A DNA stretch of 64,000 nucleotides from the human T2T-CHM13v2.0 reference genome, Homo sapiens. The stretch spans positions 21,344,001 to 21,408,000 of the forward strand of contig CP068257.2 of assembly GCA_009914755.4 (NCBI GenBank), written 5' to 3'. Below, piece by piece: positions 1-12,362 of this stretch; position 1 is the stretch's first letter, and each line of letters opens with the position of its first letter. The translations under genes were made by a program, and so were the position numbers. The notes under the pieces were generated by a model. The model was not told where the DNA came from and made no database searches. It saw nothing but the letters and a program-made list of their open reading frames with translations.

Positions 1-2720
1 AAACAGAAAGAAAATGACATTAGTGAGCAATATATAATCACCAGAAGGTATAAAACTCACTGGTAATGGTCAGTACAGAGAAACGCACAGAATAATATAA
101 CACTGTAACTATGGTGTGTAAACTACTTTTATCCTAAGTAAAAAGACTACAAAATGAACTAAACAAAAATAATTAACAACTACAACTTTTCAAGACTGAC
201 TATGTCTTTATGTCTTTTTGTACTGACTATAGTACAAAAAGATATAAAGAAAAAATGAAAAGCTAAAAAGCAGGCAGATGAAGTTAAGCACAGAGTTTTT
301 ATTAGTTTTCCACAAGAAAACTGTAGGTGCATATAAACAAATTCAATGAAGTTGCAGGATAAAAACTCAGCATACAAAATTCAGTAGTATTTCTATATAC
401 TAACAATGAACAATGTGAAAAGGAAGTAAAAATAATCCTATTTACAATAGCCACATATAAAGATAAATAGTTGGGAATGAACTTAACCAAAGAAGTGAAA
501 GATCTCTATGATGAAAACTATAAAACCGTGATGAAAGAAATAGAAGACACCCACCCCCCCCAAAAAAAGGAAAAAGATTCCATGTTCATTGATTGGAAGA
601 ATTATTAATAATACTGTTAAAATATTTATACTAAATAAAGTAATCTAGATTCAATGCAGTTCCTATCAAAATTCCAATGACATTCTTCAAAAATAAAATA
701 AGAATCCTAAAGTGCATATGGAACCACAAAAGATCCAGAATAGCCAAAGCTTTCCGAAGCAAAAAGAACAAAACTGGAGGAATCACATTACCTAACTTCA
801 AATTATACTATGGAACTATAGTAATTAAAAGAGCATGTATTGGCATAAAAACGGACACATAAAGGAAAGAGAATAGATAACCCAGAAAGAAACCTACACA
901 CCTACAGTTAACTCATTTTTGACAAAGCTGCCAAGAACATACACTGGGAAAAAGATCAATAGATGGTGCTGGGAAAACTGGACATCCATATGCAGAAGAA
1001 GGAAACTAAACCCCTATCTCTCACCATATACAAAAATCAAATCAAGATGGGTGAAGACCTAAATCTCTGACCTAAACCTATGAAGCTACTACAGGAAAAT
1101 ATTAGGGATTATCTCCAGGATATTGGTCTGGACAAAAATGTTTTGAGCAATACCCCACAAGCACAGGCAACTAAAGAAAAATTTGACAAAGGGATCACAT
1201 AAGTTAAAAAGCTTCTGCATAGCAAAGGATACAACCAAGACAGTGAGGAGACAAGTCCCAGAATGGAAGAAAATATTTGCAAACTACCCATCTGACAAAG
1301 GATTAATAACCAGAATACTTCAGGATCTCAAACAAGGCTATAGAAAACATCAAATAATCCAATAAAAAATGGAGAAACAGTCTGAATAGACATTTCTCAA
1401 AAGAAGACATAGAAATGGCAAATGGGCTTAGGAAAAAGTGCTCAACATCACTGATCATCAGAAAAATGCAAATCAAAACTACTATGAGATATTATCCCAC
1501 CCTAGTTAAAAGGAATTATATCCAAAAGACAGTCAATAACACATCCTGCTGAGGATATGAAGGGAACCCCTGTACACTATTGATGGGAATATAAATTAGT
1601 ATGACCACTATGGAAAACAGTTTGGAGGTTCTTCAAAAAACTAAAAATAGAACTACCATATAATCTAGCACCCCCAAACTGCTGGGTATATACCCAAGAG
1701 AAAGGAAATCAGTATATCAAAGAGATGTCTGCACTCCCATGTTTGTTGCAGCACTATTTATAATAATAACTAAGATTTTAAATCAACCTTTGTGTCTGAT
1801 ATGGTTTGGCTGTGTCCCCTCCCAAATCTCATATTGAACTGTAACTCTCATAATTCCCACCTGTTGTGGGAGAGACCTGGTGGGAGATAATTGAATCATG
1901 GGGGCGCTTTCCCCCGTATACTGTTCTTATGGTAGTGAATAAGTCTCATGAGATCTGATGATTTTATAATAGGTTTCTCCTTTTGCTTGGCTCTCATTTC
2001 TCTCATGTCTGCTGCCATGTAAGACATGCCTTTCATCTTCCACCATAATTGTGAGGCCTCCCCAGCTACATGGCACTGTGGGTCCACTAAACCTCTTTTT
2101 CTTTATAAATTACCCAGTCTCTGGTATGTCTTTATCAGCAGCATGAAAAGAGTGTCTATCAACAGATACATGGATATGGAAAATGTGGTACATATACACA
2201 ATGGAGTACTACTCAGTCATAAAAAAGAATGTGATCCATTCATTTGCAACAACATGAATAGAACTGGAGATCACCATGTCAAGTGAAATAAACCAGGCAC
2301 AGAAAGAAAAACATCATGTGTTATCACTTATTTGTGGGATCTAAAAATCCAAACAATTGAACTCATGGACATAGAGAGTAGAAAGATGATTACCAGAGGC
2401 TCAAAATGGAAGGAGGGGGCAGGGAGGCAGTGGGGATGGTTAATGAGTACACAAATTAGTTAGAGAGAATGAATAAGACCTACTATTTGATAGCACAACA
2501 GGGTGACTATATTCAATAATAACAATTGTACATATTAAGATAACAAAGAGTGCAATTGGATTGTTTATAACTAAAAGTATAAATGCTTAAAGGGATAGAT
2601 ACCCCATTCTTCATTATGTGCTTATTTCATGTTCTGTTATCAGAATATCTCATGTACTCCATAATTATATACACCTACTATGTATGCACAAAAATTAAGA
2701 ATAAAAAATAAAATAAAATA
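1..2720 (+). mobile_element. LINE-1 (older primate L1, L1PB/L1MA-like): ORF2 remnant plus 3' UTR. The 5' part lies upstream of the window, and the element is interrupted by a THE1 LTR at 1797-2151
   Basis: Plus-strand translation gives degraded L1 ORF2 motifs (FLYTNN..., [26 protein letters not shown] at 677-862, [26 protein letters not shown]). The 3' UTR ends in an A-rich tail at about 2690-2720 and carries the L1PB/L1MA-type terminal motif 'ctcatgtactccataattatatacacctactatgtatgcacaaaaattaag'. The first ~180 bp are too degraded to assign confidently. Confidence 0.8.
1797..2151 (+). mobile_element. Solo THE1-type MaLR (ERVL-MaLR) LTR nested inside the L1, bracketed by a 5-bp target-site duplication 'gtgtc' at 1792-1796 and 2152-2156
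   Basis: Starts with 'tgatatggtttggctgtgtcccc..cccaaatctcat..ataattcccac.tgttgtgggag.gacc..gtgggag.taattgaatcatggggg' and ends with '..tttataaattacccagtct.gggtatgtctttatcagcag..', the characteristic THE1 LTR termini. L1 ORF2 sequence resumes immediately after ('catcaacagatacatggatatggaaaatgtgg'). Confidence 0.75.
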
Positions 2721-5700
2721 TTTTATTAACATCTCATTATAAAATAATTTGAATGTTATTTATAAAAAGATAATGAGATATATTATAAAAACAATTCTTA
2801 AATGAAAAAACATTATTATATAACAGTATCAAAAAGCATTATTACAACAAAGGCATTATTACAATAACAATAAAATTGTCTAATATTAAACCAGAAGTGA
2901 ACAAGTGGTTTAAGTATTCTGCATTCATTGGTAATCAACAGACACCTCATGTGATGCTCATTATTAGAGGACTGACTTCTTATATGCCTCCAATATTCAT
3001 AGGTACCAAACCTACAATAATCATATAGAAGAGATACACTTGGAAAGTTATGTTATAAGGTAGAAAAATATCGAAAAGGAAAGTTTTGCCTCTTAATATT
3101 TTGCTGGTTAGAAAAACAAGAATCTCAGATGCAAGACTTATTTAATGAAGCTAATACATCTTTGCTGTGTATGGTATTATACAGAATGACAATAAAGTAA
3201 AATCTTCATTAGAAGATTATATGTATTTCTGTTTTGATTAAATCAATAATCCTTTAAAATATTTAAAATTACTTTCACTCAGTGTTATTATTTCCTATAG
3301 AATGTAATGAAAGCAATATTTTGTAAACTGTACTCATTAAAATCCTGTCTCTAATGTTCATTGCGTGAACTCACCATGTAGGTAAAGATAAACTCTAATG
3401 AGGTCCTTTGATGATTTCTGTAGCTAATCCCCTCTGGTACCACAGGATAAATTGGCCTTATGCAGAAATATTCTCTATATTATACTGTGGGTTTCACCAC
3501 ACACAGAAATCACATCAAATCAGAATAAAACATAAATGATTTACACCTCTAATAGTCTTTTACCTAATACAGGTCAACCTACATAGTTTTTTTTCAGATG
3601 TATCCTGAAACATGAATAAAAACTCATAGTGAATTAACACAGTCAAGTATGTACGTATTTCCCTAGTTTATTAAACACATTTTGAGGTCCTATTATGAAC
3701 TATGCAATAGTTGGGGTGCTGTGAACACACCAAAAACCAAAACAAAAACGTACGTCCCCTTTCTCATAACGTTTGTAGGTTTGAGAGGGAAGCAGACAAT
3801 TAAAAGACATTAACAATAAATATGCAATTATGAGATGTACAAATACTAAAAGGAAAAATCCAGATGGTTAAAATGTGGGAGGGGTAGAGGTAACATTTGT
3901 GAAAATATTTCTGATTAAAACAAGGAAGCAGGCATACAGATATCTGGTTTACCAGAAAAAAAAAAAAATGTGTTTTCCACACTCAAGTGTCTACAGGTCT
4001 CCTGGAGTTCAGCTGATCTAGTGTGAACTTGACTGGGCTCTTCTACTTCTGGATGAGGGCCAGATGCATTTGTTATTTGTCTATAAAACGAGTCAAGAGC
4101 TGCTCCATTTGTCCCTCTTTAGTTCTGCAGCTGAGGTGTGTTCTTTTTAGGGATAATAGTAGATGGAAAACCAGACCAAAAAAAAGCATATTTTGTGTCT
4201 CTATTTATGCCAAAAAGACTCATATTTCATTGCCAAAGCAAATTACGTAGCCAAGTCTAATATTAATATGGGAGACAAGTATTTTTAATCTACAATGGCA
4301 GAGCACACAGAGCTATGTTGCAAAGAGTATGGGCTTACTGTCCAAACAGAAAGAAATATTAGAATCAGCCATTCAGTATCCTGGTACAGAAGGTGGCTGG
4401 TCTTCTGTTCAGAGTAAAGACTATTTTTTTTTTGAGTGAGATGTGAAGCTATTGCAGAATTTTGGGCAAAGAGGGACATCATTTGATTTGAATGTTGAAA
4501 AAAATTACTTCAGTCTTTTTTTGCAAATATATTGTCATGCAGTAGGTGAAAAACTGGGATGCTTATATTAACCCAAGTGATAAGCAGACATATATAGGAC
4601 CAGGGAAGTAATAATACATATGCTTAAAGGTGAACTGAAAATGTATTTCTCTACTCTACTACATAGTCATCATACTATGGCGGCATAGACTTATGTAACC
4701 ACGATAGACGTTCCCAGTTTAAAATGAGAAAATCAGGAGGCACACCACAGTCATTGGTCAATAGTTATTTGAAAATTCATCGGGTTATTTATTAGATTAA
4801 GACTCAGTTATCCTCTGGGGCTTTTGAATCTGCCTACTAGATTTCTTGTTTCACCATCTAAATCATCCTTTTCTTTTCATCGGGGGTAGTATATATATAT
4901 TTCTCTGAGAAGATTTTTAGCCTTCTTTGTTTTGCTTGTAGAAGGTTGAAGGACAAAAATCTTTCTTTTTAACTATCCTTTTAAGTATAAGTTTATGAAC
5001 TCCGTTAAACAAAACTTTTAAAGCTTTGGAATATGTGTCAATTTATAAATTATTCCATAGACAAGAGTCACACCCACAATCTATTTGGTCTCCCTATGGT
5101 ACTGCTGTAGGGCAGTCCTTAAGATTCTTAGAAAACCATTTGTTTAATAGAGAAGACCTTTGAGGAATAACCTCATGCTCTCTGGAAGAATTTTTGTCTG
5201 TCTGAAAGGTTACATAAGACCTCATCTTAGATCTTTTCTAAGGTCTTGACATAAGATCTTGCAGTTCTACCTTGGATTGAATCTTTTCCTGGAAGCTATT
5301 TCTTAAATGAATGGTTTGCCATCTGGAGAGGTTGGCAAAAGATGCAGTTTTAATTTAAAACTTTGCAATCCTTGACTACTTAAATATTTAACCATCAATT
5401 CTTTAGCTCCTATCTCTTCTCTTTTATTTGATTTAAATGCAGAGAGAAAAGGCCAGGTGGCATCTTCAAAAATTTTGCCTGGAGATTTCCTTCACTAGAT
5501 CATTGAGTTCACTGAGGTGTTTACTTTTTTGCAAATTAACTCAGGCGAGAGTATTGTCAAATTTAGTGGTACTGTATGATGTGTCACCTCTCTTCTAGTT
5601 CCCACTGTCATTTCCCTTAATCTCCTTTAAGCTTTCACTGACAGATTTCTCCAGGCCTTGCAGGCTTCATTAAGACTATTCCTAGCTCCCTTTAGGCTGT

Positions 5701-6516
5701 CATTAACAGAAACCTTAAGGCTCAAAGAAATGTTGTATATTTTAGGTTTGGGTTATGGCAGATCCTACAAGCGGTTCCATTATCAGCTCCAATTATTTAC
5801 AAACGCATATTCAACTACTCCAAATGTTCAGTTTAAAACAATCATTTTATTATGCTTACAGGTACTCTGGGGCAGGAATTCAGAAGATAAGCAAAAAGAA
5901 TTTTCATCTGCTCATGAGAGCAGAAGCTTCACTGGAGAGGCTTCAATTTCTGTGCAAAGGAATCAAGTGGTGTCAAGTGGTGGCATGCTCACTCACACAT
6001 CTGTTGGCAGATGCTGGCAGAAGGCAAGATTTCTATTGGCTTTGTCCTCCAGAGCAGTACTTCACATATCCTGTCCTTCCTCGGAGCATAGAAACCTTGG
6101 ACTTCTTACATTAATATTCATGGCTTCAAAGATCTCAACTCTTCCTTAAATGAACGAGCCTCAGATGTCATATCACGTGATATCTGCCAAAATTAAAAGT
6201 CTACCACCCAGCTCCAAATGAAGAAATGCAGACACTCATATTTTAGTTAGAATAACTTCAAAGTTACATTGTAAGAATAGCATGTGGGTTGGAGATATTA
6301 TTTGTAGTCATCTATGGAGCATACAATCCGCTACTTCTATGCAGCTCAAACCTATGATTTCCTATAAAGCCTACATCATCCAAGCAAAAGGGCAGCAGAA
6401 ATTATTGTCCACTAAATATCTGTTTTAGTGAGAATGTTTTCCTTTTTTCGAAGTGTTAATTTTGTTGTTAACTGTAATTGATTTGATGTTACAAAAGTAT
6501 AAAGCGTATTCCACAT

Positions 6517-6530
6517 AGAATAACAAACAC
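6517..6530. repeat. Left target-site duplication of the L1 at 6531-11790 ('agaataacaaacac')
   Basis: A 14-bp exact direct repeat also found at 11791-11804, placed immediately outside the L1 5' start and the 3' A tail. Confidence 0.7.
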
Positions 6531-9500
6531 GAGAGGGGAAAATGGCAGAGAGGAGGCAGAACTAACTTGCAGCTCACAAATGGAAAGACAGAGCAGCATG
6601 TGGAGACCCACCTCATGAACTTTTGCTCCAAGAACTACCGCAGGAACATACCAGGAAAGCCGAGAGAATGCACAGACCCTTGAAGGAGGTGGATTACCGC
6701 TGCAGGGTCCATGGAACAGCTGAGGAACTGTGAGTCGGCTTGCTTTCTCAGCTGGGAGGCTTGAAGCCTGGGGCAATTTCTCAGCCCTGCTCACCAGCTG
6801 CTTGGAAATAAACTTGGTGCTGTTAGGGGGATATGGTGTGGGAGTAAGGCTGGCCTTTTGGGCTGCAAGCTCTTTTAGGAGCTGGTGAGGCCTGCGGCAG
6901 CTGGCGTTCCCCCACTTCCCTGGAAACCCGGGTGATGCAGCAGAGGCAGTCGCAATCCCCCAGGGAACATAACTCCATTGGCCTGAAAAACCACACCCCC
7001 CATCCCGCAAGGCAGCCACAGCAAGCCCCACCCACGGGCAGTCTGAGCTCAGACATGCCTAACCCTGCCCCCACCTGATGGTCTTTCTCTACCCACCCTG
7101 GTAGCTGAAGAAAAGGGACATAATCCCTCTATGGCCCTGCCCACTTCATGAGAAACCTGAATACTTATCCAAACGTGACCCTAGGACAAGCTCGTACCCT
7201 CCCTACTTAAGTACAGCTGATACACTCTTGAAAGCGCCACCTCCTGGCTGGAGGCCAACCAACATAAAACCAGCGCACTCAACAAAAATACAACCAAGAA
7301 CCCTCACAGAGTCCACTTCACTCCTCTGCTGCCTCCACCAGAGCAGGTGCTGGTATCCACGGCTGAAAGACCTGAAGATGGATCACATCACAGGACTGTT
7401 TGTAGACACTTTCCAGTATCATCCTGGAGCCTGATAGCCCCTGCTGGATGGCTAGATCCAAAATACAAATAACGATCACTGAAGTCTGGCTCTCAGGAAG
7501 CCCCATCCATAGGGGAAATGGGAGAGCACCACATCAAGGGAGCACCCCATGGGACAAAATAATCGAACAGCAGCTCTCGAGTCCCAGAATTTCCTTCTGG
7601 CATAGTCTACCCAAATGAGAAGGAACAGAAAAACAATTCTGGCAATCTGACAAAACAAGGTTCTTTAACACCCCTAAAAGATCCCACTAGCTCACCATCA
7701 ATAGATCCAAACCAAGATGAAATCTCTGAATTGTCAGAAAAAGAATTCAGAAGGTGGACTATTATGCCAATCACAGAGTCACCATGCTATATACAAAATC
7801 CTTGGCTGATAATTATTTTGTTTAAGGAGGCTAAAGTTAGGGCCCCAATCCCTCCTAGCTTGTAGGGCTTCTGCTGTTAGTCTGATAGGTTTTCCTTTAT
7901 AGGTTACCTGATGCTTTTGCCTCAAAGCTCTTAAGATTATTTTCTTCGGCTTGACTTTGGATAACCCGACGATTATGTGCCTAGGTGATGATCTTTTTAT
8001 GGTGAATTTACCAGATGTTCTTTGACCCTCTTGTTTTGAATGTTTAAGTCTCTAGCCAGGCCAGGAACATTTTCCTCAATCATACCATCAAATATGCTTT
8101 CCGAACTTTCGGATTTCTCTCTTTCCTCAGGAACACCAATTGTTTTTAGGTTTTGTCGTTTAACATAATCCCAAACTTCTTGGAGGCATTGTCTATTTTT
8201 TAAAATTCTTTTTTCTTTGTCTTCATTGGATTGGGTTAATTCCAAAGCCTTGTCTTTGAGCTTTGAAGTTCTTTCTTCTACTTGTTCTCTTCTATTGCTG
8301 AGACTTTCCAGTGCATTTTGCAATTCTCTGTGTCCTTTATTTTCAGAAGTTATGCTTGTTTTTTATTTATGCTATCTACTGGAGATTTTTCCATTAATAT
8401 CCTGCTCCTGAATGATCATTGGCTCAACAATGAAATCAAGATGGAAATTAAATAATTCATTGAACTGAATGATGATATTGACACAACCTATCAAAACCTC
8501 TGGGATTCGCCAGTGGTGGTGCTAAGAAGAAAGTTCATAGCCTTAAATGCCTATATCAAATAGTCTGAAAAAGCACAAATAGAAAATCTAAGGTCACACC
8601 TCAAGGAACTACAGAAACAAGAACAAACCAAACCCAAACCCAGCAGAAGAAAAGAAATAACAACGATCAGAACAGAACTAAAGGAAATTGAAACAAAGAA
8701 AAAATACAAAAAATAAATGAAACAAAAAACTGGTTATTTGAAAAGATAAATAAAATTGATAGACCATTAGTGAGATAAACCCAGAAAAGAAGATAAAAGA
8801 TCCAAATAAGCTCAATTAGAAAAAAAATGGGAGATATTACAACCTATACCACAGAAATACAAAAGATCATTCATGGCTACTATGAACACCCCAACATGCA
8901 TAAACTAGAAAACTTAGAGCAGATGGATAAATTCCTGGAAATATACAACACTCCTAGATTGAATCAGGAAGAAACAGAAACTCTGAACAGACCAATAACA
9001 AGTAGTGAGATTTAAACTGTAATTAAAGTTACCAACAACAACAACAACAACAAAACCCCAGGAGCAGAATGATTCACAGCTGAATTCTATCAGATATTCA
9101 AAAAACACTTGGTGCCAATGCTATTGACACTATTCCAAAAGATATAGAAAGAAGGAATCCTCCCTAAATCATCCTATGAAGACAGTACCAGTTTAACACC
9201 AAAACGAGGAAAGGACTTCACAAATAAAGAAAAGTATAGAACAATATTCCTGATGAACAGGGATGCAAAAATCCTCAATAAAATGCTAGCTATCCAAATC
9301 TAACAGCATATCAAAAAGATAATCCACCATGATCAATTAGGTTTCAAACCTACTTGATTCAGGGATAGTTTGACATCTGCAAGTCAATAATTATGAAACA
9401 CCACTCAATGAGAATTTTAAAAAAATACCTCACATGATTATTTCATTTGAAAATGCATTTCTCAAAATCCAGCATCCGTTTATGGTTAAAACCTTCAGCA

Positions 9501-11790
9501 AAATTGGCACAGAAGGGACATACCTTAAGGTAATAAATGCCATCTATGACAAAACCACAGCTCACATTATACTGAATGGGGGAAAGTTGAAAGTATTCCC
9601 CCTGAGAACTGGAAAAAAGAAGGATGCCCACTTTCACCATCTCTGTTCAACATAGTACTGGAAGTCCTAGCCAGAGAAGTCAGACAAGAGAAGGAAATAA
9701 AAGGCCTCCAAATCAGCTAAGAGGAAATCCAACTGTCGCTATTTGCTGATGACATGATTGTATAACCAGAAAACCCTGAAGACTCCTCCAGAAAGCTCCT
9801 AGAACTGGTAAATGAATTAAGCAAAGTGTCAAAATTAATTAATGTGCAAAATTAATGTACACAAATCAGTAGCCCTGCTATATACCAACAGTGACCAAAC
9901 TGAGAATCTAATTAAGAACTCAATCCCTTTCACAATAGCTGCAAAATAAATAAAATAAATAAAATAAAATACTTAGGAATACACTTAACCAAGAAAGTGA
10001 AACATCTCTACAAGGAAAACTACAAAACACTGCTGAAAGATATCATAGACTACACAAACAAATGGAAACATATCCCATGCTCATGGATGGGTAGAATCAA
10101 GAATATGAAAATGACCATACTGCTGAAAGCAATCTACAAACTCAATGCAATTCCCATCAAAATACTACCATCATTGTTCACAGAATTAGAAAAAAAAATC
10201 CTAAAATTCATATGGAACAAAAAAGAGCTCACATAGCCAAAGCAAGGCTAAGCAAAAAGAAGAAATCTGGAGGCATTACATTAATTTACTTCAAACATTA
10301 CTATACAGCCATAGTCACCAAAACAGCATGATACTGGTATAAAAATAGGGATATCGACTAAGGGAACAGAATAGAGAGCCCAAAAATAATGCCAAATACT
10401 CATGGTCAACTGATCCTTGACAAAACAAACAAAAATATAAAGTAGGGGAAAGGACACCCTATTCAACAAATTGTGCTGGGATAGTTGGCAAGCCACAGGT
10501 AGAATAATAATACTGGATCTTCATCTCTCACTTTACACAAAAATCAATTCAAGATGGATCAAAGACTTAAATCTAAGACCTGAAAGCATAAAAATTCTAG
10601 AAGATAACATTAGAAAAACCCTTCTACACATTGGTTTAGGCAAAGTCTTCATGAACAAGAACCCAAAAGCAAATGCAACAGAAACAAAAATAAATAGACG
10701 GGACTTAATTAAACTAAAAAGCTTCTACACAACAAAAGAAATAATCAGCACAGTAAACAGACAACTCATAGAGTGGGAGAAAATCTTTGCAATCTATAGA
10801 TGGACTTGCAATCTATACATGCACTATACATGCAACAAAGGACTAATATCCAGAATCTACAATGAACTCAAACAAATCAACAAGTAAAAACAAATCATTC
10901 CACCAAAAAGTGGGTTAAGGACATGAGTAGACAATTCTCCAAAGAAAATATACAAATGGACAACAAACATATTAAAACATGCTCAATGTCACTAATGATT
11001 GTGGAAATGCAAATCAAAATCACAATGAATTACAATCTTACTATTGAAAGAATGGCCATAATAAAAAAATAATACATGTTGGCATGGATGCGGTGACAAG
11101 GGAACAGTTTTACACTGTTGATGGGAAGGGAAACTAGTACAATCACTACAGAAAACAGTGTGAAGATTCCTTAAAGAACTAAAAGTAGATCTACCATTTA
11201 ATCCAGCAGTCCCACTACTGGATATCTACCTAGAGGAAAAGAAGTCATTATACAAAAAAGATACTTGTACACGCATGTTTATAGCAGCACAATTTGCAAT
11301 TGCAAAAATATGGAACAAGCACAAAAGCCCATCAGTCAAGAAGTGGATAAAGAGAATATGGTAATATATATTTATATATACATACACACACCATGTATAT
11401 ATACACACCATGGAATACTAGTCAGCCATAAAAAATAATGAAATAATGGCATTTGCAGCAACTTGGATACAGTTGGAGACATTATTCTAAGTGAAGTAAC
11501 TTGGGAATGAAAAAAACATTGTTCTCAGTCATAAGTGGGAGCTAAGCTATGAAGATACAAAGGCCTAAGAATGATACAATGGACTTTGGGGACTTCGGGG
11601 AAAGGGTGGGAGGCAGGTGAGAAATAAAATACCACACATTGGCTAAAGTCTACACTACTTGGGTGATGGGTGCACCAAAATCTCAGAAATCACCACTAAA
11701 GAACTAGTTCATGTAACTAAACACTGCCTGTTCCTCGAACACCAATTACAATATAAAAAATTTTACAAATGCATGAAGGGCTGCAAAAAA
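6531..11790 (+). mobile_element. Full-length-type LINE-1 insertion (older L1PA/L1PB-like), about 5.26 kb, flanked by a 14-bp TSD and containing an internal inverted segment (listed separately)
   Basis: A 5' UTR-like GC-rich start 'gggaaaatggcagagaggaggcagaac' resembles the L1 YY1-box start. The ORF1 N-terminus reads on the plus strand at about 7600-7766 (QKNNSGN..TPPKDPTSSPS.DPNQDEISE..EFRRWTIM). ORF2 downstream of the endonuclease (EN) domain runs from 8397: LLNDHWVNNEIK..., the reverse-transcriptase motif at 9434-9655 ([37 protein letters not shown]), then SKEDIQMAN and [10 protein letters not shown], into a 3' UTR and a short A tail at 11784-11790. The 14-bp direct repeats 'agaataacaaacac' at 6517-6530 and 11791-11804 bracket the whole element. 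Confidence 0.85.
7775..8396 (-). mobile_element. Inverted L1 ORF1 body (coiled-coil to RRM/CTD, roughly aa 60-290) lying inside the plus-oriented L1 at 6531-11790
   Basis: The minus-strand ORF at 7997-8323 translates to canonical L1 ORF1p motifs: ...NEDKEKRILKNRQCLQEVWDYVKRQNLKTIGVPEEREKSESSESIFDGMIEENVPGLARDLNIQ.... Further 3' on the minus strand comes VTYKGKPIRLTAE.LQARRDWGP.FSLLKQNNYQPRILY. The flanking sequence on both sides is L1 in plus orientation. Junctions are approximate (+/-15 bp). Confidence 0.7.
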
Positions 11791-11804
11791 AGAATAACAA
11801 ACAC
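11791..11804. repeat. Right target-site duplication of the L1 at 6531-11790 ('agaataacaaacac')
   Basis: Exact match to 6517-6530, immediately following the A7 tail at 11784-11790. Confidence 0.7.
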
Positions 11805-11881
11805 CAGATGCATTTTCAGTATTAATTTATAAATTAATTATGTCTTTGGTACTATTGCTCAAAATAAATTTTTTGGTCTTA

Positions 11882-12362
11882 TTGGACATGATGATTAATT
11901 CAATGTGTCAATTTGACTGGGATAAGGAGTACCCAGACATTTGGTGGAGCATTATTTTTGTTGTGTCTGTTAGGGTGCCTCTGAATGAGATTAATATTTG
12001 AATCCCATTGACTGAGTAGTGCGGATAGGCCTCATGCAGTCATTAAAAACCTGAAAGGAACACAAAGTCTGAATGAAAGGTAACATTTTGACCCCTCTGC
12101 TTGAGCTTGAACATTGGTGTTCTCCTGTCCTTAAATAGAACTTACACCAATGCCTCAATGCCTCTCCTGGGTTTCTAGCTTGCTGACTATAGACTTTGGG
12201 ACTTTGCAGCCTCCATAGTCATGTGACCCAATTCCTTATGATCACTCAATCAGTCTCTTTTATTATATATATATCTCTCCCCCTTAGAAATTTATAAAGA
12301 CTGTCATGTAGAGAGACAGTCTTTTACCTTTTCTGTTTCTTTCAGGAACCCTGACTAATGAA
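11882..12362 (+). mobile_element. MLT2-like ERVL solo LTR (ancient)
   Basis: 5' region '..gatgattaattcaatgtgtcaatttgactggg...ggtggagcattatt..tgtgtctgt.agggtg...gatgagattaatatttgaatc..attgactgagta', and the 3' end '..ctccatagtcatgtgacccaattccttat.....atatatatctctc....ttctgtttctttcaggaaccctgactaatga' matches the MLT2 terminus (..gaaccctgactaataca). Related copies occur at 19651-20400 (minus) and 34207-34738 (plus). Confidence 0.6.

Noticed and set aside
5658-6149. Longest ORFs not obviously inside a named repeat: 163 aa and an overlapping 119 aa on the plus strand
   Set aside because: No start-codon context, splice signals or recognisable domain. They overlap each other in different frames. 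The composition matches the surrounding non-coding sequence, and the segment at 5800-6120 reads like a decayed ancient interspersed repeat, possibly MaLR-like. I treat these as chance ORFs.
6489-7074. 180-aa and 83-aa minus-strand ORFs in a GC-rich block
   Set aside because: They lie in the GC-rich 5' UTR of the L1 at 6531-11790, antisense to it. The proline- and alanine-rich low-complexity translation is a composition artefact.
7997-8323. 108-aa minus-strand ORF with a clean protein-like sequence
   Set aside because: It is a genuine protein remnant but not a host gene. It is L1 ORF1p (coiled-coil/RRM region) inside the inverted L1 segment, truncated at both ends.
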